Shown here piece after piece: positions 1-8,498 of a DNA stretch of 21,255 nt. Both the position numbers and the translations under genes were made by a program. Origin of the DNA: an uncultured bacterium (GTDB taxonomy: Bacteria; SAR324; NAC60-12); NCBI GenBank assembly GCA_964010765.1, contig CAXGMD010000061.1:1-21255 (forward strand). Direction: 5' to 3'. Every line of letters starts with the position of its first letter. The stretch's first letter is position 1. Under the pieces are notes generated by a model. That model saw only the letters and a program-made list of their open reading frames with translations, searched no databases and was not told the origin of the DNA.

Positions 1-53
1 GAAAGCCCACTGCCCCCTCAAGACAGCGTGTCTACCAGTTCCACCACTTCAGC
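1..53 (-). tRNA. tRNA-Leu(GAG), 5' part; 3' end lies outside the window
   Basis: Reverse complement GCTGAAGTGGTGGAACTGGTAGACACGCTGTCTTGAGGGGGCAGTGGG has a Leu-type D-arm (GGAACTGGTAGAC) and anticodon arm CTGTC-TT-GAG-GG-GGCAG (anticodon at 19..17). Confidence 0.95.
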
Positions 54-105
54 AAACCCAATTGAATATGCAACTTCTCTTTCGCTAGCAAGTCTTTTTT
101 GAAGT

Positions 106-990
106 TTACACGGCGAGTGCAGCTGCTCCATGTACCCCACTAGAGTCACCGAGTTGATTTTCTACAATCTTTGTTAGTGGGGTGCCAAAAACAATTTCAT
201 TTGTTCTTCTGAGGCCCTCGGAATAAAGGATCGGCAGGTTTGAGACTCCACCACCAATCACAATGATATCTGGTTCCAGATGGACCATGATATTTGCCAT
301 AGATCGAGCAAAATAGTTTAGGACCTGATCCATAACCAATTTACAAGCACTATCGCCATTTAGAAAGCCTTCATGGATGGAAGCAACGCTACGATCCAAA
401 CCAGTTACTTCTCGATAGATCCTTTGAATTCCGGTTCCTGAGAGATAATTTTCTGCACAGCCTTTGCGTCCACACCAGCATAGCACACCATCAGGCTCCT
501 CAATCGATGCGTGGCCCCATTCACCTGCAAGGCCGGTTCTTCCCTTCCAAGGCTGGCCGTTGATCACAATTCCACCACCCATGCCGGTTCCCATGATGAT
601 GCCAGCTACACATTGATAACCCTTTCCTGCACCGTGGAGGGCTTCGCTGAGAACAAAACAATTCGCATCATTCTCAATGTTAATTCCTTGCCCAAGCCGA
701 TTTGTCAAATCTTCCTCCAACGCCTCGCCAATCAAACACTGAGCATTGGCTTGCTGGACTCGTTTCGTTGACTGGTTGACAACTCCCGGGATACCCATAC
801 CCAATTTTACTGGTTCTTCGCTGGCATTTCGAAGTTCCTCGATCAATCCGACGATGTTCCCTAGAACCTGTGTATATCCTTTCTCTTGCTCAGTAGAAAC
901 TCTTTTTCGAACAAGGACATTCATCGGATCATCGGTCGTTAAAATGCCTTCGATCTTTGTTCCGCCAAGATCAATGCCGATTCTATTCAT
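106..990 (-). CDS. ROK family sugar kinase (Mak/NagK-like), no HTH domain
   Basis: N-terminal GIDLGGTK, ENDAN, GTGMGGG, GEWGH and the Zn motif CWCGRKGCAE. GGAGG RBS upstream. Confidence 0.93.
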   Translation of the reverse strand: MNRIGIDLGGTKIEGILTTDDPMNVLVRKRVSTEQEKGYTQVLGNIVGLIEELRNASEEPVKLGMGIPGVVNQSTKRVQQANAQCLIGEALEEDLTNRLGQGINIENDANCFVLSEALHGAGKGYQCVAGIIMGTGMGGGIVINGQPWKGRTGLAGEWGHASIEEPDGVLCWCGRKGCAENYLSGTGIQRIYREVTGLDRSVASIHEGFLNGDSACKLVMDQVLNYFARSMANIMVHLEPDIIVIGGGVSNLPILYSEGLRRTNEIVFGTPLTKIVENQLGDSSGVHGAAALAV

Positions 991-1058
991 AAGTTACCTC
1001 CCATTTGTTATTGATGAAATGAACTGAGTTCAACGAGTCGAATTGATCTTGTTAACCC

Positions 1059-3008
1059 TCAAGAATTGCTGTTTTGCAGCAAGGTTGCCTGAGGATCTTC
1101 AGGGGCTTTGGCTAGCTGTCGAAGACTTTTCGGTAAAATGGGCTTGTTGGCAAGACGGACTCCACGTGCCTGAGGGTTTTTCACTAGAACTTCATCGAGG
1201 AGCAAGAAATCCCTTGATTTGCGGATGCGTTCTGAAGGAACAAACTGAAACTCAAGAAAAATACCTTTGCCAGTACTGAAATGTAGAATCTTGGCTCCCG
1301 CTTGATCAGGAAACAATTCGTACTCTTTGTCCAAGATAAATTTTTGGACTTTGAATCGCTTTACATAAGCCAGTCCATCCTCTTCCGGTTGATAGACAAT
1401 GTTGTAGACAGTTTCTGGGTTTTCTGGGTAGACGCCTACAACTTTCTTTCCAATAAAAGTTTTTTCAGGAACCCTGCTCACCTGATAGCAACGATTATCT
1501 CCAAAGATCACCAGACGATCATAGGGTGTGCAAACAGCGATTTCTTTTCCTTCGACATCTGTTCCTAGATAACCTTGCTGCTTATTCCAGAATACGGGCT
1601 GCTTTTCAGCAACCTCACGTAACTGAATCTCATCAAAGGACTGGAGGATCGTTTTGCGAGTAAATTCTGCAGAATAGCGTTCCTGAAGGCTACGTATATA
1701 AACGATGGTGTAGTTGATCACATCTCGAAGGTGCCTTTCAACTTGGCGAATTTCTCGCTCCAATCTTCTAAATTCTTTTTCTGCCTGGCGGCGGTCAAAC
1801 CTCGAAATGCGTTTGATTTGTAGCCCTAGAAGCTTCTCCAAATCCTCAGCGGTGATGTCCCTTTTCAAATCTTTTTTCAAAGGTTCCATCCCTTTTTCAA
1901 CCGTGTGCATGACCTCAGGCCAAGTCTCACATTCCTCTACCTGACGATACAGTTGCTCGGTGATGAAATATTGCTCGAGTTTCCGGTGATGCCATTGCTC
2001 ATTGAGCTTGTGTAGCTCCAACTTCAATTCACGTTCATGTAAATCGACTAGTTGCTCACTATTGTGCTCGATGACTTGATTAACCGATAGCTGGGTAGGT
2101 TGATTATTTCTTATAACAAGCAGATTTGTGGAGACAGAAACCTCACACTGTGTGTAGGCATAAAGTGGTTTGAGGATCTGTCCAGTGGTAATGTTTCTGG
2201 GTAGTTTGAGCTCAATCTCCACATTCTCAGCGGTGTAGTCGTTGATGCTGCTCAATTTAAAACGCCCTTTGTTGACCGCATCCTGAACCGACTGGATCAA
2301 AGATTCTGTGGTAACCCCGTAAGGTAATTCCTTGATAACTAATGTCTTTTCATCAACCTGTTCAATGAGAGCCCTCGAGCGTACTTTCCCATTTCCCTCG
2401 CGATATTGACTTATATCTAACAGACCGCCGGTAAGGAAATCAGGAAACAACTCAAAAGGCCTGCTCTCCAAAAAAGCAACCTGGGCTTCTAAAACTTCAT
2501 GAAAATTATGGGGCAGTATCCTTGTTGACATGCCAACAGCAATACCTTCTGCACCCAATAAAAGAGTGGCTGGGATCTTACATGGAAGTGCCAAGGGTTC
2601 TCTGTTTCGACCGTCATAGCTTTCCTCAGTTTCTGTCAAATCTGGATTGAAGAGGACTTCCTTGGCGAGAGGAGTTAGTCTTGCCTCGATGTAGCGAGCA
2701 GCAGAAGGAGGGTCGCCTGTGAAGATATTTCCGAAGTTTCCTTGTTTCTCAATGAAATATTCCTTGTTGGCCAGGACGACAAGGGCTTGACCAATCGAGG
2801 CATCACCATGAGGGTGAAGCTTCATTGTTTCACCTACAACGTTCGCAACCTTGTTGAATTTACCATCGTCCATCCGGTACATCGTGTGCAGAATACGACG
2901 TTGAACAGGCTTTAGTCCATCTTCTACATCAGGGATTGCTCGCTCCTTGATCACATAGGAGGCGTACTCCAGGAAATTCTTATCAAGCAACGGTTTCAGA
3001 TCACTCAT
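1059..3008 (-). CDS. parC: Type IIA topoisomerase subunit A, short topoisomerase IV (ParC)-like
   Basis: DGLKPVQRRIL, HPHGD, catalytic AARYIE and GIAVGMST motifs. 649 aa with a short C-terminal domain and no GyrA-box (QxRGGKG). Confidence 0.88.
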   Translation of the reverse strand: MSDLKPLLDKNFLEYASYVIKERAIPDVEDGLKPVQRRILHTMYRMDDGKFNKVANVVGETMKLHPHGDASIGQALVVLANKEYFIEKQGNFGNIFTGDPPSAARYIEARLTPLAKEVLFNPDLTETEESYDGRNREPLALPCKIPATLLLGAEGIAVGMSTRILPHNFHEVLEAQVAFLESRPFELFPDFLTGGLLDISQYREGNGKVRSRALIEQVDEKTLVIKELPYGVTTESLIQSVQDAVNKGRFKLSSINDYTAENVEIELKLPRNITTGQILKPLYAYTQCEVSVSTNLLVIRNNQPTQLSVNQVIEHNSEQLVDLHERELKLELHKLNEQWHHRKLEQYFITEQLYRQVEECETWPEVMHTVEKGMEPLKKDLKRDITAEDLEKLLGLQIKRISRFDRRQAEKEFRRLEREIRQVERHLRDVINYTIVYIRSLQERYSAEFTRKTILQSFDEIQLREVAEKQPVFWNKQQGYLGTDVEGKEIAVCTPYDRLVIFGDNRCYQVSRVPEKTFIGKKVVGVYPENPETVYNIVYQPEEDGLAYVKRFKVQKFILDKEYELFPDQAGAKILHFSTGKGIFLEFQFVPSERIRKSRDFLLLDEVLVKNPQARGVRLANKPILPKSLRQLAKAPEDPQATLLQNSNS

Positions 3009-3120
3009 ATGATTATTTTCCCGTGCTGCTAAAAAGATAGATGATCAAGGCTGTGGCTTCTACTGATGAACAATTGGGCTTGACGAAAGTCATTGAAGTA
3101 TTAAGCCTAATGGGGGAAAA

Positions 3121-3702
3121 CTATGGATTAGGTTGTTCGGAAGCGAGATTTTCAAAAAATTCTAGGAGTTTTGGCCTTGTCCATTCTCTAGGGCCAAGTG
3201 CACGTCCAACAACAATTCCTGAAGTGTTGACTAAGTAAGTAATAGGAATATTGCGAACTCCATAGAGTTGGGTAACTGTCATTTCAGGATCTGGAAGAAT
3301 CTGGAATTCAAACTGATGTTTTTTTTGAAACTTTTCGATCCGTTCGGCTTCTTCACCCATTCCAACTGCAAGTACTAGAATCTTTGAGCCCAGTTCCTTT
3401 TGGAGTTCTTGCATGTCAGGCATTTCCTTAAGACAGGGCGAACACCAAGTAGCCCAGAAATTCAGAAAAACCACTTTACCTTTTTGGTCGCTCAACCGAA
3501 AAGGCTGCCCATTTAAAAGAATTCCTTCAAAGTCTGCAGCAGCCAATTCGACTTTGGGGGCGTCTATTCTCTCTGATTCAAGCATTGCTTGGACCTCTTC
3601 AGAGAGGGGACTTCGAGCTGCCCAGGCCAGAGAAATATTTAGTAAGAGAATGATGGTCAGCTGTACAAAAAATGAATATCTATTTGGGAGCAAATAACGC
3701 AT
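3121..3702 (-). CDS. Exported TlpA/ResA-like thiol:disulfide oxidoreductase
   Basis: Signal peptide ending SLAWA, LNFWATWCSPC active site, cis-Pro IP motif in YGVRNIPITY. Confidence 0.9.
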   Translation of the reverse strand: MRYLLPNRYSFFVQLTIILLLNISLAWAARSPLSEEVQAMLESERIDAPKVELAAADFEGILLNGQPFRLSDQKGKVVFLNFWATWCSPCLKEMPDMQELQKELGSKILVLAVGMGEEAERIEKFQKKHQFEFQILPDPEMTVTQLYGVRNIPITYLVNTSGIVVGRALGPREWTRPKLLEFFENLASEQPNP

Positions 3703-4537
3703 GGGGGCAATAAGGGTTCAGGAGTTGTTCATCTATCCCATCAAGTCGACCCAGGGGATTCGAGTTCAAGAAATGGAATTGACAGAACTCGGACCGGCTT
3801 ACGACAGAAGGTGGATGCTCGTCGGTGAGAAAAATGAGTTTCTCACACAAAGAAAATTTCCGCAACTCAGCCAGCTTTTTGTAGAGTTTGATGAAGAGGG
3901 TCTTCAACTCTTCACTCCCTCCATGCGCCGCATAAAAGTGAAGGTTCCGACTTCAAAAGAAAGAATCGCTGTGAAAATCTGGCAAGACGTCTGTCAAGCT
4001 GTTCCAGCAGATGCGGCAGTTAATCAGTGGATCTCAGAACTTTTACGGATACCCGTCACCTTGGTCTACATGCCTGAATCAAGTCACAGGGAAGTTCGCG
4101 AAGGTTCACACTCAGGACTCTCCTTTGCCGATACCCACCCATTTCATTTAATTACATCGCCATCTCTGATCGATCTCAACAACCGAATTCTCAATGAGAA
4201 CCTGCTCAGCTTGTGTTTTAGGCCAAACATTGTCGTTGAGGGCGACTTTCCACCATACGATGAGGATCAGTGGGATTTGATCAAAATTGGTGATGCGGAG
4301 TTTCGTTGCAGGGAGTGGTGCTCGCGTTGCCAGATCCCTACAATTCATCCCTTCATTGGAGTTCGACAAGGCTCGGAACCTCTGCATACTCTGGAGACTT
4401 ATCGACTTTGGAAACAAGTGATCTGGTTTGGTCAAAATATAATTTTGGAATCTGGATCCAAAATCAAGGTGGGTGACCCCGTCAGCATCATGACTCGTGC
4501 TGGAAATGGCCTTGCCGAGTTGCTAGCTCAGGGATAA
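3701..4537 (+). CDS. MOSC domain protein (MOSC_N + MOSC; YcbX/mARC-like, no ferredoxin domain)
   Basis: IYPIKS, DRRWM, FAD, FRPN and CSRC (Mo-ligand Cys) motifs. GGAG upstream of the ATG. Confidence 0.92.
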   Translation: MGAIRVQELFIYPIKSTQGIRVQEMELTELGPAYDRRWMLVGEKNEFLTQRKFPQLSQLFVEFDEEGLQLFTPSMRRIKVKVPTSKERIAVKIWQDVCQAVPADAAVNQWISELLRIPVTLVYMPESSHREVREGSHSGLSFADTHPFHLITSPSLIDLNNRILNENLLSLCFRPNIVVEGDFPPYDEDQWDLIKIGDAEFRCREWCSRCQIPTIHPFIGVRQGSEPLHTLETYRLWKQVIWFGQNIILESGSKIKVGDPVSIMTRAGNGLAELLAQG

Positions 4538-6654
4538 TTCACTTCTGCTAGTTTCTTAGTGAAATTATCTACCTGATGGGTTTGAACAGCAATTTTTGAA
4601 ATAGTGTATAAATAATCAATTAAGTTGTCTGACATTATTAAGCTGCGTCTTGGTTGGCTTTTCAAATTCCAAAATTTGCAGGGTGAACTTTCCTCACTCA
4701 GACTTGCTTCACAATCTGAGCTTAATTTTCCTTCATGTTCAATCCAACCACGTTCGGTCAAAGAAGTTAGCTCAGGTCCTACTTCAATCACGCTGAAACC
4801 GCTGAATTGTGACTCCCAATTCTTTCCATAGCCCTGAATTGGTGTCACTAAAAGTCTGCTCCTTGGATCATAGGTAAATGCATGGTGGTCCCAACCTGCT
4901 TCACTGTAAGCCCGTCCTCCTTTTAGCTTTGATGGAATCAGGGTGTCGACCTGTTCTGGATTCGTGAGATTGGATACATCGAAAAGCTGCGCCTGCCACT
5001 CTCCACTCAAACCATCATCATCGCCAGCAGGCCCAACAGTCAGCAAGTGGGTTTCACCAAGTGGATGCATGTAGTTGCTGAAACCAGGAATTTTTAGTTC
5101 GCCTTCCAGAGTGGGTTCATTGGGTGTGCTGAGGTCAAAAGCGAATAGTGGATCCACTTGCCTAAAAGTGACGAGATAACCCCGATCTCCTACGAAACGA
5201 GCGCTTTGAACTCTTTCTCCAGGAGCTAAATTGAGGATGGAGCCCACTTGCTCAAGTTCAGAGTTTTCTGTATCAGCAAGTTTCAATATGAAGAGGTGAT
5301 TTAGCGATTGGCTAGGTTCAATAACCTGCCTGATATCATCAACAGGAACCATTGGGAAATTTGGCCGTTCGGTCGTTGCAATTCGGAGAAAGCCTTCATA
5401 CTCACTCAGGCTAAATGAGTTCAGAACTTGTCCATCGACCAACCCGCTTCCTTCATAAATTGGATGTCCAGATTGCCAGTCCAATTGCCAGATTGCCGTC
5501 TGGTCGGATTGCTCTGCATTCCACCACCACCCAGAACTTCCTTGGATTAAATAAAGATGTTTTGCACTACCGTAGAGTTGCCAGGCATTGTTTAGGACCG
5601 CACTTGTTTGATAATTTGAACCGTCACTCTCAAAACTAACGAGAAGAGTCATTCCCAGAGAATTCAGAGTAATATCTGGTTCAGAAATCTCATCACAACT
5701 TAACCAAGGTATTTCCTGGGAAGCAATGTCTGACAGTTGTAGAGCTTTTGGAAGAATTTCTGCCATATCTTGCTTGCTAACTGCTTGCTCAACCAACGCT
5801 CCGATTTCTATTTCCATTTCAGACAAATTTTGATCAGGATTGTTCTCAAACTTGGCTTCATAATATTCACCGAGCTTCTTTTGCAACAAAAGAGCGTTTT
5901 GAATCGAATTTGGAAGCTGCAGAGGTACTTGAATCGCTAGCTGGATTCGATTATTAAGTGGTCGTCTACCATCGAGCAGAGAACCTTGCAGGAGCCAACG
6001 ATTGATGATCTCAGGTTTCGTCCTGTCAGATATATCTACAAAAATCACTTCAGTGTTGGCGGAACCACCGATCGGCAGAGAAAGTGTTGCTCGTCTCTGA
6101 TCAGGGGTGGGCAGGTTTCTTGCTGCTGAATACCCGTAAGATGTTGCTAGAATTACTACTTTTTGAAGTGACTCATCAAGAAACATCTTTTCAGCCGGCA
6201 CATCAATAGATAACGAGGCCAAAAGACTCATTTCTGTTGGTGGAAAGGCACGGAGAATGTGAAGTTTCTCTTCTTGCAGGACCAGCATTGTTCCATCGTT
6301 CATTGTTTTGACTAGATCTGGTTCATCCACTGTTGTTTCCTGCAAGTTGGTGCCAGTAATACTTGTGGGGACAGAGTTGACATCTGTGCTGACTGCAACA
6401 TCAGAACTCACTGACATCTCCATCATTATTGGCATCACTCGCAGTAGTCCTTGATCGAGTAGTTGACGCGTGATGGAGTTTGTGAAGGAGTGTCTATAGT
6501 CTTCACAATCAGCAAGTTGACGCAACGAAGTCCTCTCTTGGGGAACTTTATTCGGACTTAAGGCAGAGCCAAGAGTTGAATCCTGGCTGGCATTGCTACA
6601 ACTTAGCAACAACGAACAAGTCATCAGAGTGAGTGTGATAGAAGAGATTTTCAT
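4528..6654 (-). CDS. Secreted beta-propeller domain lipoprotein (PF09826-like)
   Basis: Lipobox LLSC. Family motifs TNLQETTVDEPDLVK, LNSFSLSEYEGFLRIATT, YLVTFRQVDPLF and GELKIPGFSNYMHP. Confidence 0.85.
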   Translation of the reverse strand: MKISSITLTLMTCSLLLSCSNASQDSTLGSALSPNKVPQERTSLRQLADCEDYRHSFTNSITRQLLDQGLLRVMPIMMEMSVSSDVAVSTDVNSVPTSITGTNLQETTVDEPDLVKTMNDGTMLVLQEEKLHILRAFPPTEMSLLASLSIDVPAEKMFLDESLQKVVILATSYGYSAARNLPTPDQRRATLSLPIGGSANTEVIFVDISDRTKPEIINRWLLQGSLLDGRRPLNNRIQLAIQVPLQLPNSIQNALLLQKKLGEYYEAKFENNPDQNLSEMEIEIGALVEQAVSKQDMAEILPKALQLSDIASQEIPWLSCDEISEPDITLNSLGMTLLVSFESDGSNYQTSAVLNNAWQLYGSAKHLYLIQGSSGWWWNAEQSDQTAIWQLDWQSGHPIYEGSGLVDGQVLNSFSLSEYEGFLRIATTERPNFPMVPVDDIRQVIEPSQSLNHLFILKLADTENSELEQVGSILNLAPGERVQSARFVGDRGYLVTFRQVDPLFAFDLSTPNEPTLEGELKIPGFSNYMHPLGETHLLTVGPAGDDDGLSGEWQAQLFDVSNLTNPEQVDTLIPSKLKGGRAYSEAGWDHHAFTYDPRSRLLVTPIQGYGKNWESQFSGFSVIEVGPELTSLTERGWIEHEGKLSSDCEASLSEESSPCKFWNLKSQPRRSLIMSDNLIDYLYTISKIAVQTHQVDNFTKKLAEVNYP

Positions 6655-6827
6655 AATTCAATTTTATTGTTGGTTAGTGAGAATTTGTCTCAGAATCCCA
6701 CAATTTTGTTGACTTTCCAAGGTTGTGATTTGATACAAATGTAAACTTGGTTCCTTGACATTTTTTCTAATTATTGTAATTCCCCAGCTGTCAAGAAACT
6801 AAATAATCAAATTATTAACTCACTTCA

Positions 6828-7154
6828 ATGGAGTTTCACATGAAGAAGATTTTGGGATTATTAATTGGAAGCAGTCTTGTTGGGGCAGCACTTCTTCCAG
6901 TGTCAGCATTTGCTGCAGATAAAGGAATGGTACTAGCTCTTTCCTGTGCATCTTGCCATGGAACTAACGGCGCAAGTCCCGGCTCAATTCCAAAAATTCA
7001 AGGCAGAACAGCTGATTACATCGAGAAAGCAATGCTTCAATTCAAGGCTGGTGAGCGCCCCGCAACGGTGATGAATCGGATTGCTAAGGGCTATACAGAT
7101 GAAGAAATTAAATTATTATCTGCCTACCTCGGTAAATTCTCACCAAGCAAATAA
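6828..7154 (+). CDS. fccA: Monoheme cytochrome c subunit of flavocytochrome c sulfide dehydrogenase (start may be ATG 6840)
   Basis: Sec signal ending AFA, a single CASCH heme motif, distal MNRIAKGY. Directly upstream of fccB, with GGAG before ATG 6840. Confidence 0.85.
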   Translation: MEFHMKKILGLLIGSSLVGAALLPVSAFAADKGMVLALSCASCHGTNGASPGSIPKIQGRTADYIEKAMLQFKAGERPATVMNRIAKGYTDEEIKLLSAYLGKFSPSK

Positions 7155-7166
7155 TCGGAGAAAATC

Positions 7167-8444
7167 ATGGCAAAGCTGACTCGAAGACAATTTGGTAAAC
7201 TAGCTGGTTTAGGAAGCATTGGTCTGATGACGGGATGTACAACTGGTTCACATTTGTTTCGAAAAAAACCCAGAGTAGCCGTAGTTGGAGGAGGTTTTGG
7301 TGGGGCTACTGCTGCGAAATATTTGAGAATGATGGACCCTGATATGGAGGTCACGCTGGTTGAACCAAATTCAACCTATTATACCTGCCCTTTCAGTAAC
7401 TTGGTCGTTGGTGGCGTAAAGGGTATGCCAGAAATTGCGCATGACTACAAAACTTTGCAGAGCAAGTATGGGGTTAATTTTGTCAGGGCAAAGGCTTATC
7501 AAGTTAAAAGTAATGCGGTCATTCTGGAAGACGGCTCCAGGATTCCTTTTGATCGAGCAATTGTCTCTCCGGGGGTAGATATTCGCTATGACAAAATGCC
7601 CGGTCATAGCCAAAGTATCGAAAAAAAGATGCCTCATTCTTGGAAGGCTGGACCCCAAACAATGCAGCTTAGAAGGCAGTTAGAAGCTATGGCAAATGGA
7701 GGCACAGTTATTATCAGCGCACCGAGTAACCCATATCGTTGTCCCCCAGGGCCGTATGAGCGAGCTTCGATGATTGCCCACTATCTAAAAAATAATAAGC
7801 CCAATTCAAAAATAATTATTCTTGACCAAAAAGAAAATTTTTCCAAGCAGTCCCTCTTTGCGGACGGGTGGGACATGCATTACGGAGAAATGATTGAGTG
7901 GCGATCAGGAACAGCTGGGGGTATGGTTACTGAGATTGACGCAGATGGTCTTAGACTCAATACTGAGTTTGGGTGGGAAGAGGGGGATGTAATCAACTAC
8001 ATACCTGATCAGTATGCGGGTGCAGTCGCGAGGAAGTCAGGCTTGGCTGATGAAAGTGGTTGGTGTCCTGTTGACCACATGACCTTCGAATCCACGCTGA
8101 TTCCAAATGTCCATGTTATTGGTGATGCTTGTAAAGCCGGAGCGATGCCAAAGTCTGGTTTCTCTGCTAATAGTCATGGTAAAGTAGTTGCTGCGGCTGT
8201 AGTCTCAATGTTTTGGGGGGAAGAACCCGTCTCTCCATCCTTCGCAAATACATGCTATAGCTATGTCACACCAGATTACAGCATATCAGTTGCCGCAGTT
8301 TACAATCTGCAAGATGGTGCAATCGCTGGTATAAAGGGCGCTGGTGGGGTGAGCCCCAAAGATGCCAGTGCGATTGTTCGTAAGACAGAAGCCACTTATG
8401 CACAAGGCTGGTACGATAGTATCACCTATGACATGTTTGGCTGA
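7167..8444 (+). CDS. fccB: Flavocytochrome c sulfide dehydrogenase flavoprotein subunit (FccB/SoxF family)
   Basis: Tat motif TRRQF, GGGFGG FAD fold, YTCPFSN (covalent FAD Cys), RCPPGPYER and NTCYS catalytic cysteines, MPKSG. Confidence 0.93.
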   Translation: MAKLTRRQFGKLAGLGSIGLMTGCTTGSHLFRKKPRVAVVGGGFGGATAAKYLRMMDPDMEVTLVEPNSTYYTCPFSNLVVGGVKGMPEIAHDYKTLQSKYGVNFVRAKAYQVKSNAVILEDGSRIPFDRAIVSPGVDIRYDKMPGHSQSIEKKMPHSWKAGPQTMQLRRQLEAMANGGTVIISAPSNPYRCPPGPYERASMIAHYLKNNKPNSKIIILDQKENFSKQSLFADGWDMHYGEMIEWRSGTAGGMVTEIDADGLRLNTEFGWEEGDVINYIPDQYAGAVARKSGLADESGWCPVDHMTFESTLIPNVHVIGDACKAGAMPKSGFSANSHGKVVAAAVVSMFWGEEPVSPSFANTCYSYVTPDYSISVAAVYNLQDGAIAGIKGAGGVSPKDASAIVRKTEATYAQGWYDSITYDMFG

Positions 8445-8459
8445 TTCATCATTGTAAAA

Positions 8460-8496
8460 GCAGGCTATGTGTTATTTTTATTAAAGCATGGCCTGT
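8460..8496 (+). terminator. Hairpin between convergent fccB and histidine kinase genes, possible terminator
   Basis: GCAGGCTATG (8460-8469) pairs with CATGGCCTGT (8487-8496), 10 bp including two G.U. No long U tract. Confidence 0.45.
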
Positions 8497-8498
8497 TA

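Noticed and set aside
65..91. Sigma70-like promoter TTGCTA-n15-CATATT for the tRNA
   Set aside because: The spacer is short and the -10 is weak, so it is not supportable without a mapped start site.
1..1058. tRNA-Leu as an island integration site
   Set aside because: The window lies upstream of the tRNA 5' end. No integrase or duplicated tRNA fragment was seen.
3041..3095. CTGATGA...CGAAA hammerhead-like core in the parC-tlpA spacer
   Set aside because: Stem II lacks the closing pair (A opposite C), and stems I and III are out of register.
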